This document shows, in pieces, positions 46,730-55,604 of a stretch of 64,000 nucleotides of DNA (positions are counted from its first letter, which is position 1; the number at the start of each line of letters is the position of its first letter). Location of the stretch: positions 2,685 to 66,684 of the forward strand of contig CAYTBW010000004.1 in the NCBI GenBank assembly GCA_964436255.1. The letters are read 5' to 3'. The position numbers and the translations under genes are program-made. The notes below the pieces were generated by a model that was not told where the DNA came from, made no database searches, and was given only the letters and a program-made list of their open reading frames with translations. This stretch comes from an uncultured Candidatus Saccharibacteria bacterium (lineage in GTDB: Bacteria; Patescibacteriota; Saccharimonadia; CAILAD01; JADZBC01).

Positions 46730-47156
46730 AAAAATCGCTTTGTCGGTAAATCGTGCCCAATACGCCGTTAATAAACTTACTAGAGTTGTCTCCACCAAAT
46801 GACTTAGCAAGCTCAACGGCTTCATTGATCACAACCTTTGGCGGTACGTCTCGCTTGATTGCTAGTTCATACAAGGCTAAGCGCAGAATTGCTCGATCAA
46901 CCTTTGCAATCTGGTCAATCGGCCACTCCGGGGCTGCCGGAACAATAAGGGCGTCCTCCTTGTCTTGGTTTTCTATCGTTCCGCGGACCAAATCGTGCAC
47001 AAAGTCCTTATCCTCGATGCTCTCTCCGTAGATTTCGAGATTGCGCGCTACGATCTCGTCGACATCAGTCTTCAGCTCAGGTAGTGAGCTACGAAAATCA
47101 TGCTCGTACAGGCTCTGAAGGGCAACTATGCGACCGAGGTGACGGTTTGATGCCAC
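46683..47156 (-). CDS. nusB: transcription antitermination factor NusB
   Basis: RIVALQSLYEHDF... is a NusB-like helical protein. GTG start at 47156 chosen because the track's longer start overlaps rpmF. Confidence 0.8.
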   Translation of the reverse strand: MASNRHLGRIVALQSLYEHDFRSSLPELKTDVDEIVARNLEIYGESIEDKDFVHDLVRGTIENQDKEDALIVPAAPEWPIDQIAKVDRAILRLALYELAIKRDVPPKVVINEAVELAKSFGGDNSSKFINGVLGTIYRQSDFYEPEEDKQKQAEKPA

Positions 47157-47163
47157 TTGGGGT

Positions 47164-47331
47164 CTAAGCTTTCTTAACGCGAGCCAAGCCAAGCTTAGCT
47201 GCTTTTTGTAAGCGTCGTGGCACAACAGCTCCAGACGTCTTTTCTGTCGTCAGCTGAACGGCAGTCAGGCTGTCATGACTACGTCGTTGGCCTTTGCTTG
47301 CTTTGGTTGTACGTTTCTTTGGTACTGGCAT
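47164..47331 (-). CDS. rpmF: 50S ribosomal protein L32
   Basis: Below the track's size cut-off. Manual translation gives MPVPKKRTTKASKGQRRSHDSLTAVQLTTEKTSGAVVPRRLQKAAKLGLARVKKA (55 aa). Confidence 0.85.
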   Translation of the reverse strand: MPVPKKRTTKASKGQRRSHDSLTAVQLTTEKTSGAVVPRRLQKAAKLGLARVKKA

Positions 47332-47347
47332 GGAAGGTTCCTATTGG

Positions 47348-47740
47348 TTAGTTTGTCTTATTAAGAATGCCTTTACAATCTGATGAGCACAAGCTCTTGA
47401 GTGGGGTTCGGAGCAAAACTTCCTCTCTCAAAGGCGGTAAAAGGTCGATTTGATTATTTACAATCGGCCAATCTCCATCCTCTTCGTCATCCGCAAAGTC
47501 AGCAAAGAAGTTGAGATTAAGTGAGTATGTGTAGGGCTTTAGGCACCTATCACACTCCCTGTTGATTACCGCTTCTGCCCGTACATGAGCTGAAAAGAGC
47601 TTAGTGTGGACAACGGTAATCTCTGCTTCGCCCTCGACGGGTTCGGCTAAATCTACGTCTTCTACAGTGTCAAAGTGAATGGCGCGAGTTTGGGTAGTTC
47701 CCTCGGGCTTTCGGCTTATATCCAGAATGTTTATTAGCAT
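47348..47740 (-). CDS. YceD/DUF177 family protein
   Basis: CDRCL...CSSDCKG cysteine pairs, and the conserved position upstream of rpmF. Confidence 0.8.
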   Translation of the reverse strand: MLINILDISRKPEGTTQTRAIHFDTVEDVDLAEPVEGEAEITVVHTKLFSAHVRAEAVINRECDRCLKPYTYSLNLNFFADFADDEEDGDWPIVNNQIDLLPPLREEVLLRTPLKSLCSSDCKGILNKTN

Positions 47741-47791
47741 ATTCTTCGCTCATGATAATAGCATTTTTTAAGCTGATTAGCAATGGCTATA

Positions 47792-47820
47792 TTGTAATTA
47801 TTAATGAATTATCGTATAGT
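47792..47820 (+). promoter_or_regulatory. sigma70-like promoter TTGTAA-17-TATAGT for segment E
   Basis: TTGTAA 47792-47797, TATAGT 47815-47820. SD AAGGAG at 47852-47857. Confidence 0.45.
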
Positions 47821-47862
47821 ATGCGTGTTCGAGACTCGGACAAGCTGGATTAAGGAGTCGAC

Positions 47863-48183
47863 ATGCCTAGGGACCCGGTAGAAATACTCATGGAGAGCGC
47901 TGTCGAAGCGCTCAAACTCGGAGGAAAGCCGTACCACTCGCAAGCCCAGCAGGCCCACGAACTCCTCGAGAAGAGGATTCGCCTGAACAAGGCGAAGCGA
48001 ACCGATCAGCCCGAACGACTCGAAAGAGCCTGCCGAGACATCGCAGAGCAGCTAGACAGGAGCCACCCCATCGCGGGAGCAACCTGGATGAGCTGGTCAG
48101 CTCAAGTTGCCCAGCGCCAAACAGGACCCGTCAACCGAGGCCATGTTCTGCGCCGTCTCGCAGGCCTGCGAGACGCACGTTGA
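47863..48183 (+). CDS. hypothetical basic helical protein (106 aa), GC-rich segment E
   Basis: ATG 5 nt after AAGGAG. Hand count gives 36 G+C in the 60 nt 47941-48000. No family recognised. Confidence 0.65.
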   Translation: MPRDPVEILMESAVEALKLGGKPYHSQAQQAHELLEKRIRLNKAKRTDQPERLERACRDIAEQLDRSHPIAGATWMSWSAQVAQRQTGPVNRGHVLRRLAGLRDAR

Positions 48184-48199
48184 GGCCCCTCCCTACAAA

Positions 48200-48231
48200 C
48201 AAGACCGTTCCATTAAACTGGAACGGTCTTG
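48200..48231. terminator. perfect 13-bp hairpin CAAGACCGTTCCA-ttaaac-TGGAACGGTCTTG between convergent segment E and leuS
   Basis: Arms 48200-48212 and 48219-48231 are exactly complementary. Confidence 0.7.
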
Positions 48232-48252
48232 AATACCTTTTGTGACTTTTAA

Positions 48253-50670
48253 CTAGACTACGATATTAACAAGTTTATTGGGCACAACAATTATCTTATT
48301 CGGCTCACCCTCGTACCAAGCCTTATCTGAGGCTAGCTCCCGAGCTGCTGCTTCTAGAGATTCATTTGTACTACCAGCTGCTGCCATGAATTCTCCACGT
48401 AATTTACCATTCACCTGTACTACGATGGTCACTTCATCTTCTTTGATCATCTCGTTATCGTACTTTGGCCATTCCTGCAGGTGAACACTCTCCTCCTGTC
48501 CAAGCTGCTGCCATAATTCTTCGGCCAAGTGCGGGGTGAAAGGTGCTAAAACTAAGACAAACTGGCCCAAGAATTCTCTCCACACTACTGGAGATACAGA
48601 GCCCTCTCTCTTTACACTAGCAGCGACTTTTACAAGCTCCATCATCGCAGCGATGGCGGTGTTAAACTTAATGCCGCGTAGATCTGATGTTACCTTGCGA
48701 ATAGTCTTATGTAGCTCACGTACAAGTAGCGCCTCCTGTGCGGCCCTTATATCCGCTGGTTCATAGCCTTGATAGAGCTCCCACACCTTGCCAATGAATC
48801 GATACGTACCCTCAAATCTCTGTGGATCCCATGGCCCACCTTCTTCGTAAGGGCCCATGAACATAAGGTAAAGCCGCACCGCGTCAGCACCGTATTTATC
48901 GATATACTCTAACGGATCCACAACATTGCCTTTTCGTTTGCTCATTTTGTCCCCGTCAGAACCAAGAATCATGCCTTGATTGATAAGCTTCTTGAATGGT
49001 TCGTTGAAGTCGATAAGCCCTTCACCATGAAGGAATTTTGTGAAGAATCGAGCATAGAGCAGATGAAGAATGGCATGCTCAATACCGCCCATGTAATTGT
49101 CGACGGGCAACCATTTCTTGACTGCTTCTGGGTCAAACGGACCCTCCGCATAATCTGGGTTCGGATAACGGAGGAAGTACCAGCTAGAGTCCACGAAGGT
49201 ATCCATCGTGTCGGTCTCCCGACGAGCGTCGCCACCGCAGGTGGGACACGGCACGGGCATGTAGTCAGGGTGGCTTACCAGTGGCGATTGGCCTGATTCA
49301 TCAAACTTCTGACCGAGTGGCAACCCGACTGGCAGCTGATCCTCGGGCACAGGAACGACGCCGCAAGCATCACAGTAAATAATCGGAATGGGGGCGCCCC
49401 AATAGCGTTGTCGAGAAATGAGCCAATCACGAATCTTATACTGCACCCTGGTCTCGCCGCTGCCCTCTGATTCGAGTTTCTCAATGATTACCTTCTTCGC
49501 ATCGGCAACGTTCATACCGTCAAGGATTTCAGAGCCAACGAGAAGGCCGTCCCCTGTATAGGCAGATTCCTCGATATTGCCGCCCGATATTACTTCTTTT
49601 ATCTCAATCCCATACTTCGTGGCAAACTCGTAGTCGCGCTGGTCGTGAGCCGGTACAGCCATGATGGCCCCGGTGCCGTAGCCCATTAACACATAGTCGG
49701 CAATCCAGATTGGCAGCTTCTCCCCATTCACAGGATTAGTAGCATACGAGCCAGTGAATACACCCGTCTTGTCCTTGTTCTCTAAGCGGTCCACATCTGT
49801 CTTGGCCCCTGCTGCCTCTACGTACTTTTCGACCTCGGATCGCTGGCCGTCACCGATAAGGCCCTCTACTAGCTCATGCTCTGGTGCAAGAACCAGGAAG
49901 GTTGCGCCATATAGCGTATCTGGTCGAGTGGTGTAGACCTCCAGATTATTACCGTTAGCCAACGAGAATCTTACCTGAGCGCCCTCGCTACGACCTATCC
50001 AGTTTCGTTGCATTGTCTTAACTCGCTCAGGCCAATCTAAACCTTCCATATCATTAAGCAACGCGTCGGCGTAATCAGTGATTTTGAAATACCATTGTTT
50101 CAACTTTTTACGCTCGACTTTCGTGCCACAACGCTCACACTCGCCATGAATAACCTGCTCATTAGCAAGCGCCGTCATGTCCTTAGGGCACCAGTTTACC
50201 AAGCCGTCCTTTTGATAAGCCTTACCAGCCTTGAGCATGCGCAAGAATAGCCATTGCGTCCAGCGATAGTATTCTGGCTTTGAAGTGTCTACTTCTTTAT
50301 CTAAATCGTACATACCACCAAGTCGGAAATATTGCTTACGAAAACGAGATACATTCTCATCGGTCCACACTTCGGCGGGGACACCTTTTTTAATTGCTGC
50401 GTTCTCTGCTGGCAATCCAAATGAATCGTATCCAAGTGGCTGCAGCACGTCTTTGCCGTGCATGCGATTAAACCGCCCTATTGTGTCTGCAGGACCAAAG
50501 TTGTACCAATGACCAATATGCAAATCACCTGATGGGTATGGAAACATCACCAGGTTATAAAACTTGTCTTTTGGACTATCGACAGTTTTATTAAGGCCGG
50601 TCTCGGCCCATACTTTCTGCCATTTTGCTTCGATCTCTTGGGAATTATACTTGGGGGTGTCGTTCTTCAT
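48253..50670 (-). CDS. leuS: leucyl-tRNA synthetase
   Basis: HIGH motif (PSGDLHIGH), KMSKS motif (KMSKRKGN), CP1 editing region. Confidence 0.97.
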   Translation of the reverse strand: MKNDTPKYNSQEIEAKWQKVWAETGLNKTVDSPKDKFYNLVMFPYPSGDLHIGHWYNFGPADTIGRFNRMHGKDVLQPLGYDSFGLPAENAAIKKGVPAEVWTDENVSRFRKQYFRLGGMYDLDKEVDTSKPEYYRWTQWLFLRMLKAGKAYQKDGLVNWCPKDMTALANEQVIHGECERCGTKVERKKLKQWYFKITDYADALLNDMEGLDWPERVKTMQRNWIGRSEGAQVRFSLANGNNLEVYTTRPDTLYGATFLVLAPEHELVEGLIGDGQRSEVEKYVEAAGAKTDVDRLENKDKTGVFTGSYATNPVNGEKLPIWIADYVLMGYGTGAIMAVPAHDQRDYEFATKYGIEIKEVISGGNIEESAYTGDGLLVGSEILDGMNVADAKKVIIEKLESEGSGETRVQYKIRDWLISRQRYWGAPIPIIYCDACGVVPVPEDQLPVGLPLGQKFDESGQSPLVSHPDYMPVPCPTCGGDARRETDTMDTFVDSSWYFLRYPNPDYAEGPFDPEAVKKWLPVDNYMGGIEHAILHLLYARFFTKFLHGEGLIDFNEPFKKLINQGMILGSDGDKMSKRKGNVVDPLEYIDKYGADAVRLYLMFMGPYEEGGPWDPQRFEGTYRFIGKVWELYQGYEPADIRAAQEALLVRELHKTIRKVTSDLRGIKFNTAIAAMMELVKVAASVKREGSVSPVVWREFLGQFVLVLAPFTPHLAEELWQQLGQEESVHLQEWPKYDNEMIKEDEVTIVVQVNGKLRGEFMAAAGSTNESLEAAARELASDKAWYEGEPNKIIVVPNKLVNIVV

Positions 50671-50677
50671 AACGTCT

Positions 50678-50683
50678 ATTGTA
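50678..50683 (-). promoter_or_regulatory. -10 box TACAAT 7 nt upstream of the leuS ATG (leaderless arrangement)
   Basis: The minus strand reads TACAAT-agacgtt-ATG, with no SD. Confidence 0.45.
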
Positions 50684-50723
50684 TCCTAATCTGGTTTGTT
50701 TAGTAAAAGCCGAGGGCAGTAAA

Positions 50724-50751
50724 CCAAAAGCCGCCCTGCGGCGGCTTTTGG
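50724..50751 (-). terminator. A/U-flanked hairpin CCAAAAGCCGCC-ctgc-GGCGGCTTTTGG
   Basis: 12-bp perfect stem downstream of the murF-peptidase pair. Confidence 0.75.
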
Positions 50752-50860
50752 AAAATTACGAGTAACAAAAACCTACCGCGGTGCGCAGAGCAAGAGAGCT
50801 AGTAGGTTGAGTTGTCGCTGAACTTTCATGAGGAAAGTCTAACAATCAAATATATGATAG

Positions 50861-51496
50861 TCAAGATTTAGCTTTGACAAAAATCGCCTGGAGCTTGAAG
50901 TACTCCCAAAAGTACTCAGTACTCACACTCTTTTGTTCTCCGGGCGGAAGAAGCGGATCGACAACTTCTACCGAAGTTCCTGTGTATCCGCTGACCACGA
51001 CAAAGTGACCTATTTCGTTTTCACTAAACCCAGGCTTTACACTTACTATCACAGGTAGGCCATGGTCAAGTGAGCCCTTAATACAATGCCAAGCGCGGTC
51101 CCTTAAAGAACCTTGCTGGCTATTCTCGCTTTCAAGCTGCGAGAGAAAAGCGGAGACTTGCACTTCGTCATAATTCTCATTATCGATAAAGTAGCTCGGG
51201 TCTTGAGATGGAGCCAGCCAGTTTCTACGCCAAGACACAAGGCCGTGATGCTTCAAGGTGCTGACTAACGCAGAATGCTTCCACCCGTATTCGACTATCC
51301 TGCCGCCGAACCCTTCCATTTCATCCACGATAAGTGCTAGGTCAAAGCTATAATCACCGTGTTGAACAAATACATAATCCAAAACCATATTCACAGAAGC
51401 AGGTCCGCACATTCTACGCCGCTGATTTTCTGGTATAGGCGAATCAGGGTCTAACTGCCACACATGGGCAACATCGAGATGCTTCTCGTTCAGCAT
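50861..51496 (-). CDS. papain-like cysteine peptidase, C39-like domain
   Basis: CGPASVNM (candidate catalytic Cys) and GHFVVVSGY (candidate His). Start taken at MLNEKH, 1 nt after the murF stop. Confidence 0.55.
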   Translation of the reverse strand: MLNEKHLDVAHVWQLDPDSPIPENQRRRMCGPASVNMVLDYVFVQHGDYSFDLALIVDEMEGFGGRIVEYGWKHSALVSTLKHHGLVSWRRNWLAPSQDPSYFIDNENYDEVQVSAFLSQLESENSQQGSLRDRAWHCIKGSLDHGLPVIVSVKPGFSENEIGHFVVVSGYTGTSVEVVDPLLPPGEQKSVSTEYFWEYFKLQAIFVKAKS

Positions 51497-51497
51497 A

Positions 51498-52775
51498 CTA
51501 CTGCGCAAAAGCCTTTTTCTTTTTACGGCGCCAGAATGAAGATTGGCGAACCAGGACATCCTGCGGTCGAATAGATTTGTCCAAAATAATCCGGCTCACC
51601 TCTTCGGAGAATACGTTGTTCTGAGAGCCCTTTACGAGAACCGTATCTCCTTTGCCTATTTTCTTCTTCAAAAAGTGGCCAGCCTCGTATGGTGTGCGGA
51701 AAACTTTGACCGAGGAGCGATCCATCCCGGCATCAACTGCTGCTGGCGCCAAATACTTCGCCGCGTCAGGGCCAATAACAATGATCAGGTCGGCAATTTT
51801 GGCAGCTGCCTCACCTACTTCACGGTGTGCCGCCTCGCTCTTGGCGCCTAGCTCGTTCATATTGCCTAGCACTGCGATCTTGCGACCTTGCATTTCACTC
51901 AAAGTTTCGAGGGCAGCAAATACACCAATAGGGCTTGCGGCATTATAGCTATCATCAATTAACCGAGCCCCCTGCACGGCAGGAAGCAAATTCATTCTTC
52001 CCTTCACTGCAGAGACAGTACCTAGCGACTTAATGACTTGAGTATTCTCAACCCCCAGCTCGTGCGCAACGGCGGCGGCGGCGAGCAAAGCTGAGATACT
52101 ATGTCGACCAACAAGCTGAGTTTTTACCTGTGCCTTCTCCCCGAACAATGCAATGTCTGCTGACAATGTGCCGGCGGGCAAACGCTTAGTGGCAACGAGC
52201 AAAACATCGGCCTTAGTCTGTGTGGCGTACGTAGCGGCTGGGCTCAAGCTTGCGTCTCGCAACTCCACAAAGTCAACGTTACAAATTATACTCTGGGCAG
52301 GCTCAATGAGCGTTTTTATGTCAGACGTAATCTTATCGATGTCCTGCATTCTTGCAGTATGGGCCAATGATACCCCCGTAATAACACAAAGCTTTGGCTT
52401 AATGAGTCGCATAAACGGCAGCATCAATTCAAGGTCATCTTCAGCCACTTCCTGCACAAGCACGTCGTAAGGAAAGTCATCTACCATACGATCCATTTCT
52501 TGAAGAATCCTGCGCCAACCGCTTATATTACCTAGCCTGTCTGGAACCTTTAGCCCAAACACACTGAGTGGCAAACCAATGTCACTGTTGTAGCTGTCTT
52601 CGGAATAGCCGACCTTGTAGCCGGCGGCTTGCAGTACGGTCGCTATGGCCACCTTGGCACTGGTTTTACCAACTGTTCCAGTAACTGCCACTACCGTTAG
52701 GTCGTGCTTATTAAAGAGTGTTGAGACTCTTTTAGTTAATTTGCGAACGAGTATTTTTTTTACTATTTGCTTCAT
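51498..52775 (-). CDS. murF: Mur ligase family protein, MurF-like
   Basis: VTGTVGKTS P-loop. Mur ligase middle and C-terminal domain pattern. 425 aa. Confidence 0.7.
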   Translation of the reverse strand: MKQIVKKILVRKLTKRVSTLFNKHDLTVVAVTGTVGKTSAKVAIATVLQAAGYKVGYSEDSYNSDIGLPLSVFGLKVPDRLGNISGWRRILQEMDRMVDDFPYDVLVQEVAEDDLELMLPFMRLIKPKLCVITGVSLAHTARMQDIDKITSDIKTLIEPAQSIICNVDFVELRDASLSPAATYATQTKADVLLVATKRLPAGTLSADIALFGEKAQVKTQLVGRHSISALLAAAAVAHELGVENTQVIKSLGTVSAVKGRMNLLPAVQGARLIDDSYNAASPIGVFAALETLSEMQGRKIAVLGNMNELGAKSEAAHREVGEAAAKIADLIIVIGPDAAKYLAPAAVDAGMDRSSVKVFRTPYEAGHFLKKKIGKGDTVLVKGSQNNVFSEEVSRIILDKSIRPQDVLVRQSSFWRRKKKKAFAQ

Positions 52776-52817
52776 ATACTTGAAGCTATTTTAGCATATT
52801 ACTTAGGTTAAGCCGCG

Positions 52818-53243
52818 CTACTTACCGAGCTTTGCAGTAATGGGTGGGACCTTAGCGAGCTGCTTTTCAGCCTTAACGTCCAGTTTATCGAGACGGAGAA
52901 TTTTAACGCCAAAGTAGACTACTGCAGCAATAATTACGAAGTCAATTAGAGTGGCGATAAAGCTGCCTATGGCAACCTCCACAGAACCAACTGTCCACAC
53001 TGCAGTCTTAATACCCTCGGTACGGCCCATGAGTCCACCAATAAGTGGGTTAATAATGTCGTTCACGAGAGAGGTTATCACCTTGGCCACCGCGGCACCC
53101 AAGATGAACCCTACGGCCAAACCGACTACGCCCTGCTCACGAATAAACGTTGCAAAGCCGCCTGCCTGGTTTTTTGCTACAGACTTTGTCTTCTGGGCCC
53201 CGCTCTTAGCTTTTTCCTTGGATTTGCGTACTATTTCTTCCAC
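52818..53243 (-). CDS. mscL: large-conductance mechanosensitive channel
   Basis: FIREQGVVGLAVGFILGAA...NDIINPLIG. Confidence 0.88.
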   Translation of the reverse strand: MEEIVRKSKEKAKSGAQKTKSVAKNQAGGFATFIREQGVVGLAVGFILGAAVAKVITSLVNDIINPLIGGLMGRTEGIKTAVWTVGSVEVAIGSFIATLIDFVIIAAVVYFGVKILRLDKLDVKAEKQLAKVPPITAKLGK

Positions 53244-53284
53244 ATCTTCTCCTTATTAGTGTAAGTATACACCATGATAATTTC

Positions 53285-53360
<76 letters not shown>

Positions 53361-53532
53361 ATATTCTCGTATCTACTGATGGTAAAAGTGCATTTTACAA
53401 TTTCGCAGGTATCGCGCTTGGCGTATTGTGTATTCTCAAAGTTTATACAAGCTTCTGGCCAACTAGGCTAAAGCCCCGTACCAACAACATATTTTGGCCT
53501 ATTTAGGCTTCAAAATCAAGATAAGACAGGCT

Positions 53533-53715
53533 CTAGAGCACCGAACCAAGCAGCATCACTACTACCGTGAGCACCACAGAGCCGAGTAAAAAGCCCACAA
53601 AGAACCCTAGACCTAAACGGAAACCGTCCCTGTAAGTATAATGAGCGCTTGTCTCGACCTCGGCGGTCTCAATTTCCTTTTTGAAAAAATCGTCGGCTTT
53701 TTTTACGTTTACCAT
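53533..53715 (-). CDS. small membrane protein (60 aa)
   Basis: MVNVKKADDFFKKEIE..., then one long hydrophobic helix. Start chosen to avoid overlapping the upstream methyltransferase gene. Confidence 0.45.
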   Translation of the reverse strand: MVNVKKADDFFKKEIETAEVETSAHYTYRDGFRLGLGFFVGFLLGSVVLTVVVMLLGSVL

Positions 53716-53722
53716 AACAGGA

Positions 53723-54289
53723 TTATAGCACAGGTGCTTGCTTAACAGAGACCAGTACAACGTTCTTTGGTCCGCGTTTCAGAATCTTGTAGCTCCCGAA
53801 TACTTTAGTCATTTCTCGGGCAACCCAAGGCTTAATCCGGGCTTCGACTACCAACATTAGCTTGCCTTCATCCTCTAAGCGCAGATATGATTCAGCGATC
53901 ATGGTATCGACTACCTCGCGACCCCGGTGGGTCGGTGGGTTAGAACAAATAAGGTTAAACTTTCGGCCATCCTCCAGTTGCGCGTAGCCATGGCTAGCTA
54001 TAACTTCAACATTTGTAAGCTTCTCCGCTTTAGCATTCGCCTGCGTAGCAGCAACGGCCGCTATATCGCTGTCTAATGCTGTAACTTTGGCATGAGGACT
54101 ATTTTTAGCCAGCCAGAGGCAAATTGCACCCCAGCCACAGCCCCAGTCCAACACTTTCTTATACTTTAGCCTTGCAACAGACTCAAGAAGTAGCTGCGAG
54201 CCCATATCAAGAGCTTTGGGCGAAAATAAATCTGGCTGCGTATCGGCCACGATCATCGTGTCCGCGACTTCATAGCTGATTCTTACCAT
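53723..54289 (-). CDS. class I SAM-dependent methyltransferase, RsmC/RsmD-like small domain
   Basis: VLDWGCGWG SAM motif and the NPPTH catalytic motif. Confidence 0.72.
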   Translation of the reverse strand: MVRISYEVADTMIVADTQPDLFSPKALDMGSQLLLESVARLKYKKVLDWGCGWGAICLWLAKNSPHAKVTALDSDIAAVAATQANAKAEKLTNVEVIASHGYAQLEDGRKFNLICSNPPTHRGREVVDTMIAESYLRLEDEGKLMLVVEARIKPWVAREMTKVFGSYKILKRGPKNVVLVSVKQAPVL

Positions 54290-55557
54290 TCTAGCGTCTT
54301 TCCAGCTATAACAATCTTAGCCCCCTCCGCACCGCCTTGCCTGCGAATCTCCCGTAGTACACCTCGCTTTTTGAGAATGTCTAGCAGTCGATCTTTGGCT
54401 TGCCACTGCGACAAGTTGCTACGTCTAGCGAAGCCTTCAAGAGCCGCACCAGTAACTTCATACTGGCCATCTTCATTCTTCGTAACTTGCCAGAAGTCCT
54501 GTGTCTGTTCAAGACGAATAACCGGCATCTCGTCGCTGAGCTTTTCCTCCTCCGCCGCCTCTGTTAATTTTTGATCTGCGATTACCACAAGTACGCGACG
54601 CAATAAGACATCAAGATTTGTCTTAGCAACTGCCGAGATAGTATAGATTTCAGACAACTTGCACTTTGCGGCTTTAGCAAGCGCTTTGCGCTTTTCCCCA
54701 AGAGCTGCGTCATCCAGAGCATCAATTTTATTTAGGACAACCACTTGCGGCAGCGCTGCCAAATTCACACGATAGCTTTTAAGTTCTTGCTGGATTGTCT
54801 TGTACGCCGCTACGACATCGTCACTCGAGGGATCAATCATATGGACCAGAACCTTCGTCCGTTCAACATGGCGCAAAAACTCATCCCCCAAGCCCTTCCC
54901 CTCAGCAGCACCCTCAATAAGCCCGGGAATATCAGCGACTAGGAAGGTCTTGCCGTCCATATCCACTACACCAAGATTTGGCACCAAAGTCGTAAATGGG
55001 TAGTCCGCTATCTGCGGCCGAGCATTTGAAATTACACTAAGCAAGGTCGATTTGCCTGCGTTTGGCATGCCAACCAGTCCAACATCAGCCACAAGCTTCA
55101 GTTCTAAATGGAGTTCCTTTTCTTCGCCAGGCTCACCCAGCTCTGCGAATCTCGGTGCCTGTCGAGTTGACGACGTAAAGTGCGCGTTCCCAAAACCACC
55201 TCGCCCGCCATGCGCCACAACGACCTCATCCCCTTCATTCACTAGGTCGGCCAGCAATACACCGTCTGCATAGATGCTCGTACCTGGCAGTACCGTCAAA
55301 ATCATATCATCAGCGTTCTTACCGCGTCTTTCGTTCGATCCGCCATCTACGCCGTTTTCGGCCTTCCAGAGCTTAGCGGAACGAAACTTGGAGAGCGTGG
55401 AATTATTACTGTCAGCCTTCAGCACAACATTAGCACCATTACCGCCGTCTCCGCCGTCCGGGCCACCTTTAGCCTGGCCGTGACGCGAACGAAAGCTTAA
55501 TTTGCCGTTGCCACCCTTGCCGGCAACTACCCTGATTGTTACATTATCGGTAAACAT
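54283..55557 (-). CDS. obg: GTPase Obg
   Basis: Gly-rich Obg fold (GGNGKLSF, GGDGGNG). G1 GMPNAGKST, G3 DIPGLIEGA, G4 NKID. Confidence 0.95.
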   Translation of the reverse strand: MFTDNVTIRVVAGKGGNGKLSFRSRHGQAKGGPDGGDGGNGANVVLKADSNNSTLSKFRSAKLWKAENGVDGGSNERRGKNADDMILTVLPGTSIYADGVLLADLVNEGDEVVVAHGGRGGFGNAHFTSSTRQAPRFAELGEPGEEKELHLELKLVADVGLVGMPNAGKSTLLSVISNARPQIADYPFTTLVPNLGVVDMDGKTFLVADIPGLIEGAAEGKGLGDEFLRHVERTKVLVHMIDPSSDDVVAAYKTIQQELKSYRVNLAALPQVVVLNKIDALDDAALGEKRKALAKAAKCKLSEIYTISAVAKTNLDVLLRRVLVVIADQKLTEAAEEEKLSDEMPVIRLEQTQDFWQVTKNEDGQYEVTGAALEGFARRSNLSQWQAKDRLLDILKKRGVLREIRRQGGAEGAKIVIAGKTLEW

Positions 55558-55604
55558 AATATTGACATTATAGCATCACAGTTGTATTGCTACAAGATTT
55601 GTGC

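Noticed and set aside
50761-50800. T-box-like TACCGCGGTG element near leuS.
   Set aside because: The motif is on the plus strand, opposite to leuS. On the minus strand the region folds as a plain terminator (AACCTAC...GTAGGTTTTT) for the upstream murF-peptidase pair. No specifier-loop architecture was seen.
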